Part shown: positions 10,542 through 22,222 of the stretch, piece after piece | How the letters are laid out: each line of letters opens with the position of its first letter | Numbering within the stretch: position 1 is the stretch's first letter | Origin: Cyanophora paradoxa CCMP329 | Lineage: Eukaryota > Plantae > Glaucophyta | Direction of reading: 5' to 3' | Assembly: GCA_004431415.1 (NCBI GenBank) | Contig: QPMI01000661.1 | Coordinates: 1-33,116 of the forward strand | DNA: 33,116 nucleotides | Program-made: the position numbers and the translations under genes | Notes under the pieces: model-generated | Seen by the model: only the letters and a program-made list of their open reading frames with translations | Told to the model about the DNA's origin: nothing | The model's database searches: none

Positions 10542-11374
10542 TTATGGAGCAGTATCCTGTCCAAAAATGGGGAAATATCGATTTGTGCCATAATACTCAG
10601 CATAGGTATTCTGCCTTGCAATAAAATCGGTTCTCTCTGCAAACATCACACACTTGTAGATACCAAACTTGGTGGCTCTCACTAAGAACTGATAGTCTTC
10701 CAAACCGAAATTGACTCCATGATAAGCAATTCCGAAATTATCATATGGGGTGATCACTACTGCAAAGTTGGGAGTTCCACCTTCAACTTGGCATACAGCA
10801 TAAACATCTGGTGGGATATCCACAACAACCTTGTAGTGATCACCAATCTCAACAAGAGAGTCTACTACTGCTGTTTGTTCATTCACAACAATGGGGAATA
10901 TCTTGATTATATAGGGGCATTCATGCTGGGGACATAGGTTCGAATTCTTGTGTTGGGATCAATGGGATTGGGTTGATCATTCACAAATAAAGGCGCTCCA
11001 ACAGCCCCACCAACCCTAAGACCATCACCAATATAAGCTCCCCCCGATTTGCAGTTAATAGCTCCCGACCTAGATTCAAAAGAATAAGTAGACAGAGGAT
11101 CTCCATAGCTATCTGGGTCTCCATAATGAGCAGAAAAGTTTGCATTTGTGACAAGTAGCTTAGTTGTCTTAACTATTCCATTATTTTTATCACATCTGAG
11201 TTCCTGTAATCTCAGCTTGTGGGTGGAACCAAATGTATTCATTGTAGGTTGGACCTCTGTGGATTGGAGACCCTCAACATCATCAAAAGTAGCATGCTGC
11301 AGAACATGGTTTGCTGGTGCAGCTAATGAAAGCTGAGGTGTAATAATTCGTTCAAGTGGGGGTTGCTCAGCCAT
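10542..11374 (-). CDS. Putative fibre/virion protein, paralog 1 (two ORFs joined by a frameshift at ~10910)
   Basis: Colinear with the 11398 ORF over both halves (ELRCDKNNGIVKTTKLLVTNANF; YDNFGIAY...FAERTD). The structural role is inferred. Confidence 0.6.
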
Positions 11375-11397
11375 TTTACATTAAAGGGATATATCTT

Positions 11398-12243
11398 TTA
11401 TGGGGTTGGGTCATCAATTACATCTGGCTCCATGTAAAACCCTGTAACTGAAAGAGTATCAGGAGTTACACCTCTAAGAGCTGATACAGCGGCTATATCT
11501 GTTCTCAAACCGATAAGAGTTATAGTATATAACCCAATATCTGTAACAAACAAGTCAAAGGTGAAATTATTATTATAAACACAGTAGCCATAACCGAAAT
11601 GATTGTATCCCTGAACATTGAAATAGTATTTATGACCTACTTGATTGTTGTTGGCTCTACAAAGGGAAAGCATTGCAGATGGAATCGCAAGACCTCTCAG
11701 TACTCTTTTGGTTCCTTCAATTAATTCCGAGTTTTCAAGAGTAACAGTATATCCAATGTAAAATTGAATTAATGGCTGCTGTGCAACAGGAGTATATAAT
11801 CGAATTCGTTGGGGGTCTTCAACATTCTGTTCAAGAGTATCTGGGACATCATTATACGAAATTGAGGATGAAAGCTGACCTGAAACTCTGCAACCTCCAC
11901 CAATAAAAGCTCCTCCTGATCTCACAGTAACAGCAGCAGAATTCTTATCGAAATCAAGGGCTTTCAGATCAACACTGTAAGCATCTGGACCTCCATTAGT
12001 AGGTTGGAAGAAGTTTGCATTTGTGACAAGAAGTCGAGTTGTTTTCACCACACCTGAATTCTTATCAGCTCTCAGCTCTTTAACTCGAATAATCGAATTT
12101 TTATCAAAGGAGTTACCATTGGAGTTGGGTCTCTCTGTGGATTCTAAACCACGAACCTCATCATTTACTTCATGCTGGCGAAAATGCATTGCAGGGGATC
12201 CAAGGGAATATATAGGCAGTTGAACTCGATTATATTCACCCAT
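11398..12243 (-). CDS. Putative fibre/virion protein, paralog 2
   Basis: ELRADKNSGVVKTTRLLVTNANF, GGAFIGGGCRVSG beta-repeat and YNHFGYGY...IGLRTD. Start taken at MGEYNR. Confidence 0.6.
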   Translation of the reverse strand: MGEYNRVQLPIYSLGSPAMHFRQHEVNDEVRGLESTERPNSNGNSFDKNSIIRVKELRADKNSGVVKTTRLLVTNANFFQPTNGGPDAYSVDLKALDFDKNSAAVTVRSGGAFIGGGCRVSGQLSSSISYNDVPDTLEQNVEDPQRIRLYTPVAQQPLIQFYIGYTVTLENSELIEGTKRVLRGLAIPSAMLSLCRANNNQVGHKYYFNVQGYNHFGYGYCVYNNNFTFDLFVTDIGLYTITLIGLRTDIAAVSALRGVTPDTLSVTGFYMEPDVIDDPTP

Positions 12244-12282
12244 TGCTTCTTTTACTAAGAAGGAAAGAAAAATAAACTGCAA

Positions 12283-12588
12283 TCAAGCCAAAGTGATTAA
12301 ATTCGATCCAAGGGATTGGTAAACAGTTGAAAGAACTTGCAGGTTGGATGTCATTGCTTTGATGTTGTTATCACATTCAGTGTATTTAGCAACAGGGTCA
12401 CCATATGCAGATTTGGCAAGGACATTAACCAAGAGGTTTTTATACTCATTTACAACTGGTGAGAGCTTGTTAGTTTGCTGAATCGTTTTTTCAACTGTTT
12501 GTAATGCGTTTACAAGGGTGATTGTGTCAAAAGAAAGCGCAACAGGCTCAGTTGAATAGGTGGTTCCACCAAGAGGATAGGTCGCCAT
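12283..12588 (-). CDS. Hypothetical helical protein
   Basis: Intact 101-aa ATG ORF packed tightly behind the fibre gene. Confidence 0.6.
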   Translation of the reverse strand: MATYPLGGTTYSTEPVALSFDTITLVNALQTVEKTIQQTNKLSPVVNEYKNLLVNVLAKSAYGDPVAKYTECDNNIKAMTSNLQVLSTVYQSLGSNLITLA

Positions 12589-12591
12589 TTA

Positions 12592-15500
12592 TTATACTTT
12601 GACATTTTTAATTTGGTCTATTTGATCCTGTTGATCTTTGCATTTTTGGGACAACTCCTTCACAGCTTCAATGAGAACTGGAATTAAACCTGTGTATTCA
12701 AGAGATAGGTAGCCATCGTCTTTTTTAACATTAACTACCTCTGGTATTACCTTTTCTACATCTTGCGCAATTAAACCTAATTTCGTTCCATCTTTTTCGC
12801 TTCCAATTCGTTTAAAACTCACTCCTTCTAATTTTTCGATTGCTGAAAGAGCGCCGGATATCTTTTTAATGTCGGTTTGTATCTTATGTCACTTCCTTGT
12901 GTTAAATAACCTCCAATCCACATCCATCCTCCATGATACATGTAACAAATATCAGTATCTTGTTCATTTCGGAATACAAGGGGAATATCTCCCCCTCCTT
13001 TCAAATATGTAGAAGTTTGGTTACCGAAATGGATACGATTATATCCATCACTGGAATTAAACCAAGTCCCCACAGTTCCTGTTAAGATATTTGGTTTACT
13101 ATAAACGTTATTCCAATGAATATAGCCGGTGTGACCACCATAGCTATGCCCAACCCATATTTTCATGTAACTTATACCCATAATGTGAACTCTTCCAATC
13201 TTTGGTCTAATTCGAATTGTGAGAAATCGATTACCAAGATGTATCGGAACATTATTTAAACCACTGTGGTTACCATCAGGCGATGTGGCGTATGGTTGAT
13301 AACTATTCACTGATGTAATAAAAACTTCATTCCCTTGTCTATTAACTCCCCAAATTTCAAAAACTCGTGAGCTTACCCAAGGTAAATAAGTTAAAAATGC
13401 TGTTCCTGTCAGGTATCCATCGGGTATATCGAAGTCCATCCAAGCGGTAGAAGTTTGGTCATCATATTGATCATTATAGACATATGAACCATAATTATAA
13501 TATGGATCCCATGATGTCCCCCAGTGATAGCTCCAACCCTGAGAACATCTATTAAACTCAATTGCTCCTACTGTTTTATCTGCTGTGTGAAACTTTGGGA
13601 CATCATTACCGTTTATTTGGAGTTTGGTAGTAGCATTAATAGTGGGTGCTGTAATAGTGTTATTCACCCAAAAGTTACCATTACCATATGATTTTAAGAT
13701 TGCTGCATCCGCTGAGTTTCTAAATTCGACAGATACACCATCGCCATTTTCATAGCCTCGAATATATGTAGTTTGACCATTTCCAAACCAAATTCGCTCG
13801 ACTGCATCTACTGATTTTAACCATGCATTTGTTGCCCATGTTGCGGTTTGTGGAAGGTCTGCGGCTGAGTAAAATGATGGTTTACTAAATATATTATCCC
13901 AAGAGATCATCCCAACCTCATTATCTGTTGCCCTCTGTCTACTCCACCCAAAAACACCTGTAAGATGGATTCTACCTTTTCGACCTTGAACATATATTTT
14001 TGTGTAAAACTCACAGTTAATAGAGATGAAAAGTATACTGGATTGTGTTCCATCATGTACTGATGCTTGAATACCTTGATAAACATTTAAACGCCGAAGG
14101 AAATGTTGATTACCATTAGCTGTTTGACCATAGATGTCAAAATATCTACAATTAGACCAACACATGGTTTGAATATAAAACGTTTTCATTCCTGTGGGGA
14201 CATTCCACCTCATCCAACAAGCGCTACAATCTTCATCATTTTGTGGTGTTGTATAACATCCTGTTTGTCCGGTTCTTGGTGTCCATCCTAAGTTCCAATT
14301 ATTTGCGCTTCTATCTGTCGAAACCACATCTAATTGGTCGAAATCGTAACCTTTTGGTATTGTGGTTCCACCAATTTGTAAAGTGGTAGCATTCACAGTT
14401 CCTGTTACAGTTCCACCTGTTAGAGGTAAATAATTCCCAAGAGCTGCTGTTAATTCGGTATCTGTTACAACATCTGTAAGAGCTAATTGTAATTCTGTAT
14501 TTGTTACATAATCTTTGTTTTCTAAATAATCATCTGTAACAACACCAGAGAGGGTCTCATTGTGTAAGTTTTTTGCTGCCATCCTCTGATTGACTTCTAA
14601 GGCTCCTCCTGCTAATGTTTTAATCCAGGACATTTCGCATTTCCCATAGTTATCTGATGGTTGTCCCACAAGTGGGACATAATTGAATTTGGATCGACTG
14701 AATATTATTTTAGGTCTGGAGCCATCAGTTGCACTGACATCTGTTACATTTACTTGCATAATGGCATCCTTATCATCATATGCTGCTGGATCAGATGGGA
14801 GAGGTGGTAATCCTGATGTCAATGTGATGTCCTCATTATAATAACTTGTTAAGAAGATGCCTGGTTTGGTATCAATCACCCCAACACCACCTGCTGAAAT
14901 CATTTGGATTCTTGTTGGTTGTTTGATGTATAATTCACCTTCCATTGTGGTCCCTGCATCAATGCCTTTTCGATTGACATAATAATCATTTAGTTGTAGC
15001 CTTTCAGGTATGGTATTACTCTGGTAGAGACTCACACCATTTGTAAAGTCTGTCAAAATATTGCCTGATGATGCAAAAGTTGGTTGTTCATCTATTTGAC
15101 TCCAAGGGTGTCTGTGGTTGCTATTGGTTATTGTTGAGTAATCATGAGTGTGTGAATCAGGTGGGAAGGTTAATGGAGGATTTGTGATATGCTCCCATAA
15201 ATGAGTATGGGCGAAATCTGTGATCTGATCTTTGGTGTGAGTATGGGCAAAATCTGTGATCTGATCTTTGGTGTGAGTATGGGCGAAATCTGTGATCTGA
15301 TCTTTGGTGTGAGTATGGCAAAATCTGTGATCTGATCTTTGGTGTGAGTATGGGCGAAATCTGTGATCTGATCTTTTGTGTGAGTATGGGCGAAATCTGT
15401 TATTTGGTCTTTTGTGTGAGTATGGGCGAAATCTGTTATTTGGTCTTTTGTGTGAGTATGGGCGAAATCTGTTATTTGGTCTTTTGTGTGAGTATGGGCA

Positions 15501-18500
15501 AAATCTGTAATCTGGGCTTTTGTGTGAGTGTGATTTTGAATCCAACCTTGAACCACATTAGAGGTTGGATGATGTGGTAAATTTGCATTGCTTGTAACTG
15601 TAAGGTAATCTATTACAGTATCAGGTGAGGTTATTTTTAATCCTCTGTAAATATTCAGAGTCTGGGTATGAGTGAATCCATATTTTTGTTGAATGTAATA
15701 CCTCACAGCATTCTTTTCAGAAGTTGTCAAAGCCCTATTGAAAACAATCAACTCGGAAATACCACCATTCACAATATTACCAAATCCGAAATGATTGACA
15801 GTATTATCTGGTAGATAATTTGTTCCTACAAGTGTTTCAATATCTACTCCATTTAACCCGACTGTGTAGCTGCTGGAAGTAATTGTTTGGTCAGTGTAAT
15901 ACCATGTATTTATTAAAGAAGGAACCGTAATAACTGGGCGGGTTTGGGATGCTCCATTAATAGTGAACTGGTTCATTCCAATAGCAGTAGAAGATGTTGC
16001 CCCATAATAACAATATCGTGATGGAAAGGCGCTTCTGTAAAGTCTCAAGTGAACTTGCATAGAAGAGGCAGTTGGATGATATTTTCCCACAAAGAAAAAT
16101 GTAAGCCCATTTGAGAAATCAATAGTTCTTGTAGCAGAGGTATATGCATAAAAAGTGCCTGTTGGGCTTGAAACACTAACTTGGTTGTTGATTTCGGGAT
16201 TGGTGTAATAGGAACTGGCTCCGGAGATAAACAAGTCTGGAACAACTGAATTCGGGACTCTGCTTACTATAGTTGTATACATTGCTGATTGACCTGGTAC
16301 TCCTGATGCCTTCCAAGCAAAAATGCAGTTCGAGATATTTGATGCTGGATCAAAGCTTGGTGGGACATCATACCATTCTTCGTAAACCTGATTCATGGTA
16401 TTGAAATTGCAAGAGCCAATTGTGAGGATTCCATTTACTTTTAGGTTGCTGGTCTCTATATTGCTGCTGTAAATATTACTATTAACTGTGAGGTTTCCTG
16501 TGATTGTCCCACCCACAAGAGGGAGATAATTGGATAGTTCTGCTGCAAGTTCAGCTTCTGTAATAAATTGATCAAGCATAGCAAGGGTTACAAAATTAAC
16601 AAGGATTACTGCAGTAAGGTAATCCTCTGTGACCACTCTCGAAATATTTTCGTTGTGTATGTTTTTTGCAGCCATCCTCTGATTGGCTTCCAGAACCCCA
16701 CCATAATCTGTTTTAATCCATGCAAGCTCTGCCCTCCCATAATTATCATTTGCAGTTCCCACTATGGGAATGTAGGAATATTTATCTCTGCTGAATACTA
16801 TCATTGGTCTTGAGCCATCTAAACTGCTTACATCTGCTACATGAACCTGTATAGCAGAGTTGAAATTTTGGTAGGTTGCTGGGTCTGTTGGGACTCTGAA
16901 TGTATCTGTGGGAATGTCAGCCTCCATGTAGCTTGACACAAAGATATTTGGTATGGTTGCTCCTGGTTCAGGTGGTGGATCATAAGAGCCTGGTAATGTC
17001 CTAATATGAAGTGGTCCTCTCATAGCTGAATTTGCAAGTGTCCCATTCACATGTACATAGTGTTCATTCAAAAAGATTCTTTCAGGGACATTACAAGTCT
17101 GATAAAGAGAAACCCCCAGGGTTGCCAAAGGCTCCACCTTTGCAAATTCTGGTTGGTCATTGATCTCATCCCAAGTATGTTCATGTTTGCTTGGTGGGAA
17201 CTCAGTTGGAATCCCATCAATTTCTCCCCAATCATGTCTGTGATCCTCTGGTGGATATTTCTCTGGTTTCCCTAAGATCTCATCCCAATCATGATTGTGA
17301 TCCTCTGGGGATACTTTGCAGGTTTATTATTAATTTGTTCATAATCAGGAAAGAACTCCCAGATCTCAGGTCGAAATCCATCTGGTAATAATTCCTCATG
17401 GGGTTCATAAGGTTGCTCATAATCAACAGCTGGTGGATCATGCCCATCTGGCAAATACTCCTCATCAGGTTCATAGTTCTGCTCATACTCAAACTCTTGG
17501 GGATCTAAGCCATCTGGTAGTATCTCCTCCTCATTGGGATCAAACTGATCATATTCATATTCTTGTGGGTCAAAACCATCTGGTAAATACTCTTCCTCAT
17601 CTGGAACGAATTGATATTCATCAAGCTCTAATATATCGACTTCAGGAGGTAAATACTGCTCATCTATTTGCTTTCTTGGTTCAATTATAGGTTTATTGCG
17701 AACTTGCTCCCAACTAACAATGTGTTGCCCAAAAGGAACTGTCTCATCTGCTGTGTACTCTCTGCCTGGTTGCTTTTTCGGTGTTAAATCCGGTGGATCC
17801 CATGGAAGAGGGAAGGGAACTGGGACAGGTCCATAATACTCAAAGATCTCTCTTATGGTCTTCTCACTTACAAGCTTCTCACCATTTGCATACACATTGC
17901 TGCCATGGATATTTCGCCATTGCCTGGTTCGAATTCCAAGGTCTTTCACATTGCTATACAAAGGCAAAAGGTGCCTATCCATTTCAACAAGATCAGGATG
18001 TAAATGGATTGCTACTGGCTGACTGGGGCTACTGTTGATTGTAATTGATGGCTTTTTTTGATGGACATCTTTTGGAGTAAAGAACCCAAAAGGCTCATTC
18101 CTTGCAAAGTCATATGTAATATCCTTGGGGTAGACATCATTTGTGTAGGAGACCTGATTTGTGTTGGCAATGGGACCCACTTGCAATACTTGGGGGACCT
18201 CAGCTTTTGCAGTGCTGCCCTCATTGTAAATTCGCAAACCTGTGTTCTGTTTGCCCTGCTCATCTTGAACATTGAAAATCAATCGACCACTATCAAACCT
18301 GGAAGGTATATCTGGATGAGTGCCACTGGTTTTGAGTTTCCTAGGTCTCCTTCTTGTTGCTTTGATCTCTGCCACTTGGTTTGCTTTCACATTACCCAAG
18401 CTAAAAGCAACACTAACTTCCTCCTTATCTGGATCGGTTTGATTCACAGATAAAGCATGCTCCCTTGATTGAGTCTTGGATGAATTATCGGAACTGTGGT

Positions 18501-18609
18501 CAATCGAAACTGAACCCTTTACTTTAATATTATCAAAGTTCACATGCTTGGTGCTGCTTGCATTATCATCTTGAATGGTTTCTAGATTGGGTGGGTAATT
18601 GAAGCTCAT
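12592..18609 (-). CDS. Giant modular tail-fibre-like protein (~2000 aa) with C-terminal peptidase S74 chaperone; about four frameshifts
   Basis: ORFs 17272-18609, 15170-17137, 12828-15545 and 12592-12822 are bridged by continuous motifs: PPxxHxHxWxxI repeats, YLPLxGGTxTG, a LamG-like block (GGISELIVFNRALTTSEKNAVRYY), HTHTKDQITDFA repeats and SDIRYK...GLIAQDVEKVIPEVV..LEYTGLIPVLIEAVKEL. Confidence 0.8.
15200..15532 (-). repeat. 36-bp coding tandem repeat, nine units (HTHTKDQITDFA)
   Basis: Unit GTGAGTATGGGCGAAATCTGTGATCTGATCTTTGGT on the + strand. One unit lacks a G at ~15318, producing the frameshift. Confidence 0.95.
17370..17660 (-). repeat. Acidic ~20-aa coding repeats (EExLPDGxDP)
   Basis: EEYLPDGFDP, EEILPDGLDP, EEYLPDGHDP, EELLPDGFRP. 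Confidence 0.8.
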
Positions 18610-18652
18610 GGCTTTTACTATATGGATTTATAAAATTCCTGATAAGTAAAAG

Positions 18653-20209
18653 ATGCCCTTGAAAATCTGCCTGTCTTTATCAGGGGGAGGTGCAAGGGGC
18701 ATTATCATAACCAGGCTGCTAAAAGAAATCGAAAATCGAACTGGCAGGAGAATAATCGATCTTGTGGATCTTGTGAGTGGAACTTCCACTGGTGGGATCA
18801 TTGCAATAGGTTTGAATATAAGGCATCCTGATAAACCAGGTGAACCTAAACTGACAGCAAACGATTTACACAATATTTACCTAACTCAACTGCCCTTGAT
18901 TTTCGCAAATCCTCGAAATATAATCGAAAATGCCCTTTTTAATACAAAGTATGATGTCGGACCCTTGGAGACTGCAATCAATTCAGTTACTGGTGAATCA
19001 CTAATACAGGATTCCCTTAAGGACATTGTGATCACATCCTTTGATACTCAGAATATGAAACCAATATTTATCACAAATGACAACAATTACAACTTTATGC
19101 CTTGTAAGATTGCTGCTAGGGCTACTTCTGCTGCTCCTACATATTTCTCTCCTGTAAGCATTGTTGATTTCAATAGGGGAGTATATGTCTGTCTCATTGA
19201 TGGTGCCATTTCGGGAAACAATAATCCCAGTGTGTGTGGTTACAGCCATGCAAAGAAGATTTACAGTGATGATGATGACATTATAGTAATAAGCATCTCT
19301 TGTGGTGAGGTGGACCCACATTTAGAGTCTGATTATGTGGGTTATGCTTATGAGACTGTAAACAGCTGGGGCATTCTCTCATGGATTGCCTCAACAGATG
19401 GAAGCCCATTGATTAACATGCTCATGGCTGCAAGTGAGCTTTCTGCCCTTGATAAAATGGAGGAGCTTTTACCCTACAACTATGATCAGGATTATGGGAG
19501 ATACTATAGGCTATCAGTCCCTCTTCCAAATCACATAGTAAGCTCCCTGGATGACACATCTAAAATCCCAGACATGCTTTCCTTCACTGAAACTTACATA
19601 GCAGCAAACAATGATATGATTAATAAGCTTTGCAGCCTACTAGTAGCAAACTATGAACTAAAGAACCCTTCAAAGGCTTACATTTCATCCACTCTCACTA
19701 CATCACCTCCTTTGGATGCCAATTGGTATCAGCTTGCAGATGATGCCTTTACTGCCTCATCCTCTGTGACAGGTAAAGAGCCTTTCATGGCAAGACCTTC
19801 AGCATTTGGCTGGGAAGCTGGAGCCTATGCTCCTGAACAGATATGGGAAACTCCCACTGAATACCTTCAAGTTGCTTTCCCATATACTTTTGAACTCTCC
19901 TCTGTGATTGCCTATGGATCAGGGGACACCAATGCTTTTATTAAGACTTTCAATGTGGCAACATCCACTGATGGGATCAACTGGTCTTTTATTCGATCAG
20001 ATGGGCAGAACAAAATGTATATGTGTGAGAACATTAACAATGCTCACAACTCTGGTGATGTGGCTCTATTGAGTGGATTTCCTCTCAGCATCAAGGATGC
20101 TTTTTACATAGGTTTTTCTCTCAGAATCAAGTATATTCGCATTTATCCCCTTGTGTATGTGAATGCTCCCACAATGAGAGTGGACTTTACAGGTGCCTTT
20201 ATTCGATAA
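18653..20209 (+). CDS. Patatin-like phospholipase fused to a C-terminal discoidin (F5/8 type C) domain
   Basis: LSLSGGGARG, GTSTGG (catalytic Ser), ATSAAPTYF, IDGA (catalytic Asp). C-term EYLQVAF...IKTFNVATSTDGINW...KYIRIYP...MRVDFTG. Intact ORF. Confidence 0.92.
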   Translation: MPLKICLSLSGGGARGIIITRLLKEIENRTGRRIIDLVDLVSGTSTGGIIAIGLNIRHPDKPGEPKLTANDLHNIYLTQLPLIFANPRNIIENALFNTKYDVGPLETAINSVTGESLIQDSLKDIVITSFDTQNMKPIFITNDNNYNFMPCKIAARATSAAPTYFSPVSIVDFNRGVYVCLIDGAISGNNNPSVCGYSHAKKIYSDDDDIIVISISCGEVDPHLESDYVGYAYETVNSWGILSWIASTDGSPLINMLMAASELSALDKMEELLPYNYDQDYGRYYRLSVPLPNHIVSSLDDTSKIPDMLSFTETYIAANNDMINKLCSLLVANYELKNPSKAYISSTLTTSPPLDANWYQLADDAFTASSSVTGKEPFMARPSAFGWEAGAYAPEQIWETPTEYLQVAFPYTFELSSVIAYGSGDTNAFIKTFNVATSTDGINWSFIRSDGQNKMYMCENINNAHNSGDVALLSGFPLSIKDAFYIGFSLRIKYIRIYPLVYVNAPTMRVDFTGAFIR

Positions 20210-21131
20210 ACTCCAACTGAAAAGAATTGTCGATTCCATTCATATCAATCAGTTCACCAAAGTAATCTTTAAACTCCACAGTGAGTTCCCTTATCACCAG
20301 GTTTCTGTCATTTATCTGAATGAATTCGGCATGCTCACCACTATGGTAAACATAGCCGCCTATATCTTTACTCAATTGCAGTCTAAGGATTGCCCCCTGG
20401 TTATGTGGTTGCGATTTCGGGATTATATTGTGTCTGCTGGCAAAGGGGGACAGCTCTTTAATATGCATGTACAGATACTGCTCAGCATTCATATCAGACA
20501 TCTTCCTGCTGTCAAAATAATATTGCAAGGGCTTTGAGGAGAGTCTGGGTCCTGAGAAGGTGATTCCCCATGCTGGGTGATCAGGTGTAATAGGTTTGCC
20601 ATCATACTTTAAAAGGTTCTCAGGTCGATAGGGAGATCCACCAGCAGGAGGAGTGCTATAATAACCATTGGTGTATTCAGTAGAACTCACACCCAAAAGC
20701 TTCCCTATTCTCTGGTTGCTTGCAATAAAACGAAACTCATGGTTACTGTAAAACTCCACTTTATAGGTAGTTGGGTTATAGAATATCTTGAACTCAAAAG
20801 CTACTGTTTTGCCTGCAATGGTTTGGAAGCTTGAATAGTTCAGCCCATAATTATAAGGGTGTGTTACCCCAAAATGACCCTGGTTAATGTAGCCACTGGG
20901 AAGGGGATACACTTTCTGTGTGATGATTTCATTGTATGAACCATCTTGGTAATTAAACTGAACTGTTAGATGATCAGTTCCCACACTGTTATAGATACTG
21001 TTTGGAATCTCTGCATAGAGAACCCTACATTCCCTTGGTCTCTCTACTGGAGTTGTGAGAGTGACCCTGTAAGAGTTTTCATTTTGTCCTTGGCTTCTAT
21101 CCCTGCTATCAATATTAACAAGCCGGTTCAT
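20199..21131 (-). CDS. Minor capsid protein (penton) 1
   Basis: LVNIDSRDR...YRVTL..RVLYAEIPNSIYN N-terminus. YLYMHIKEL and IRELTVEFKDYFGELIDMNGIDNSFQLEF C-terminus. Confidence 0.8.
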   Translation of the reverse strand: MNRLVNIDSRDRSQGQNENSYRVTLTTPVERPRECRVLYAEIPNSIYNSVGTDHLTVQFNYQDGSYNEIITQKVYPLPSGYINQGHFGVTHPYNYGLNYSSFQTIAGKTVAFEFKIFYNPTTYKVEFYSNHEFRFIASNQRIGKLLGVSSTEYTNGYYSTPPAGGSPYRPENLLKYDGKPITPDHPAWGITFSGPRLSSKPLQYYFDSRKMSDMNAEQYLYMHIKELSPFASRHNIIPKSQPHNQGAILRLQLSKDIGGYVYHSGEHAEFIQINDRNLVIRELTVEFKDYFGELIDMNGIDNSFQLEFIE

Positions 21132-21139
21132 TTTAATAT

Positions 21140-22169
21140 ATGAATATAGATAAAAGAAGAATGCCTGTGGATTACATCGAGGTTAGCTCATTTAATACAA
21201 TCTCTGGTGATGGTCCCACATCAAGCTTTGTGGCTAGACTCCCAAGTTCTTATGAGAATGTGAGGGCTGTGAGACTGGTATCAGCCGAATTTTATAACAG
21301 CATCCCTATGGTGAGTGGTGAAACCAAAGTTGGAGATGTGACAGTTGACAATGCATTTAGCATTTATTATTCTGAACAAACTCCTGGAGCTGGAAGCTCA
21401 GGAATTCCAACAGTTCGCCCAGCTGCTGACTATGAACAATGGAAACAATTCATTATAAGTCGAAACACCCCATCCAAAGCCACCAACAACTGGTGAATGT
21501 AATTAACTCTAAATTCGAAGGCAGAAATCCCCAACCATCCATTCGCTGCAAATGGGATGAATCACTGAAACGAATTATATTCCACTCAGCAGTACCATTT
21601 TACTTGGCTTTCTCAGTAGCTGTGAACCCAAGCCAACAAACAATCCAAAAGCTGTTGAGTTCAGCTAGACTGCTGGGTCTTGATCCTGGAAGATATGGTA
21701 ACTCCCCAATCCAATCACAGGTCTATGATGCTCTCACTGATGGAATCTTTACTGGTGGTCGAGTGAATGGCATTATATCTTCTTTTGAGCCTGAGAAGAC
21801 CAGGGACAGTGTTTTGTTTGTGAGAGTAAAGGAGCTGGGTGATCTGGTGCAATGTGGGGATGGTCTTCTGACTGGTTACTTCCATAAATAGTGGTCCCTG
21901 ACAAAGATTATGGTGAGCATGTAGTTTACAATTCGACAGAGGCTCATCCACTTTACAAATACTATAATAAGAAGGTTGGATTATCCACTTTCTCGGTTGA
22001 TATTGTAAATGCTATTAATGAACCAATTGATTTTGAGGGTCAACCTGTTCATCTGACCTTTGAAATTCGCTATGGTGATGAGCCAGCAGGAGACCCAGTT
22101 TATGAATACTTTAAGATGCGAATGTCACAGCTTCACCCTTCCTATCCAGTAATTACAAGCTTCGCATAA
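21140..22169 (+). CDS. Minor capsid protein (penton) 2, two frameshifts
   Basis: SFVARLPSSYENVRAVRLVSAEFYNSI, ARLLGL, VLFVRVKEL, LSTFSVDIVNAINEPIDFEGQPVHLTFEI. Same pattern as penton 1. Confidence 0.75.
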
Positions 22170-22222
22170 ATTAAGGATCATTGGTAGATTTTTTATGTTG
22201 CAGTATAATAAAAGAGATAATC

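Noticed and set aside
15200-15532. 36-bp repeats resembling a CRISPR array
   Set aside because: Units are contiguous with no unique spacers and encode HTHTKDQITDFA fibre repeats. No cas genes are present.
15320-15545. HKRPNNRFRPYS repeats at the start of the 905-aa ORF
   Set aside because: Out-of-frame reading of the 36-bp repeat upstream of a 1-nt deletion.
12592-18609. Diversity-generating retroelement or invertase shufflon acting on the fibre
   Set aside because: No reverse transcriptase or recombinase is seen, and the duplicated modules differ at all base types rather than only at adenines.
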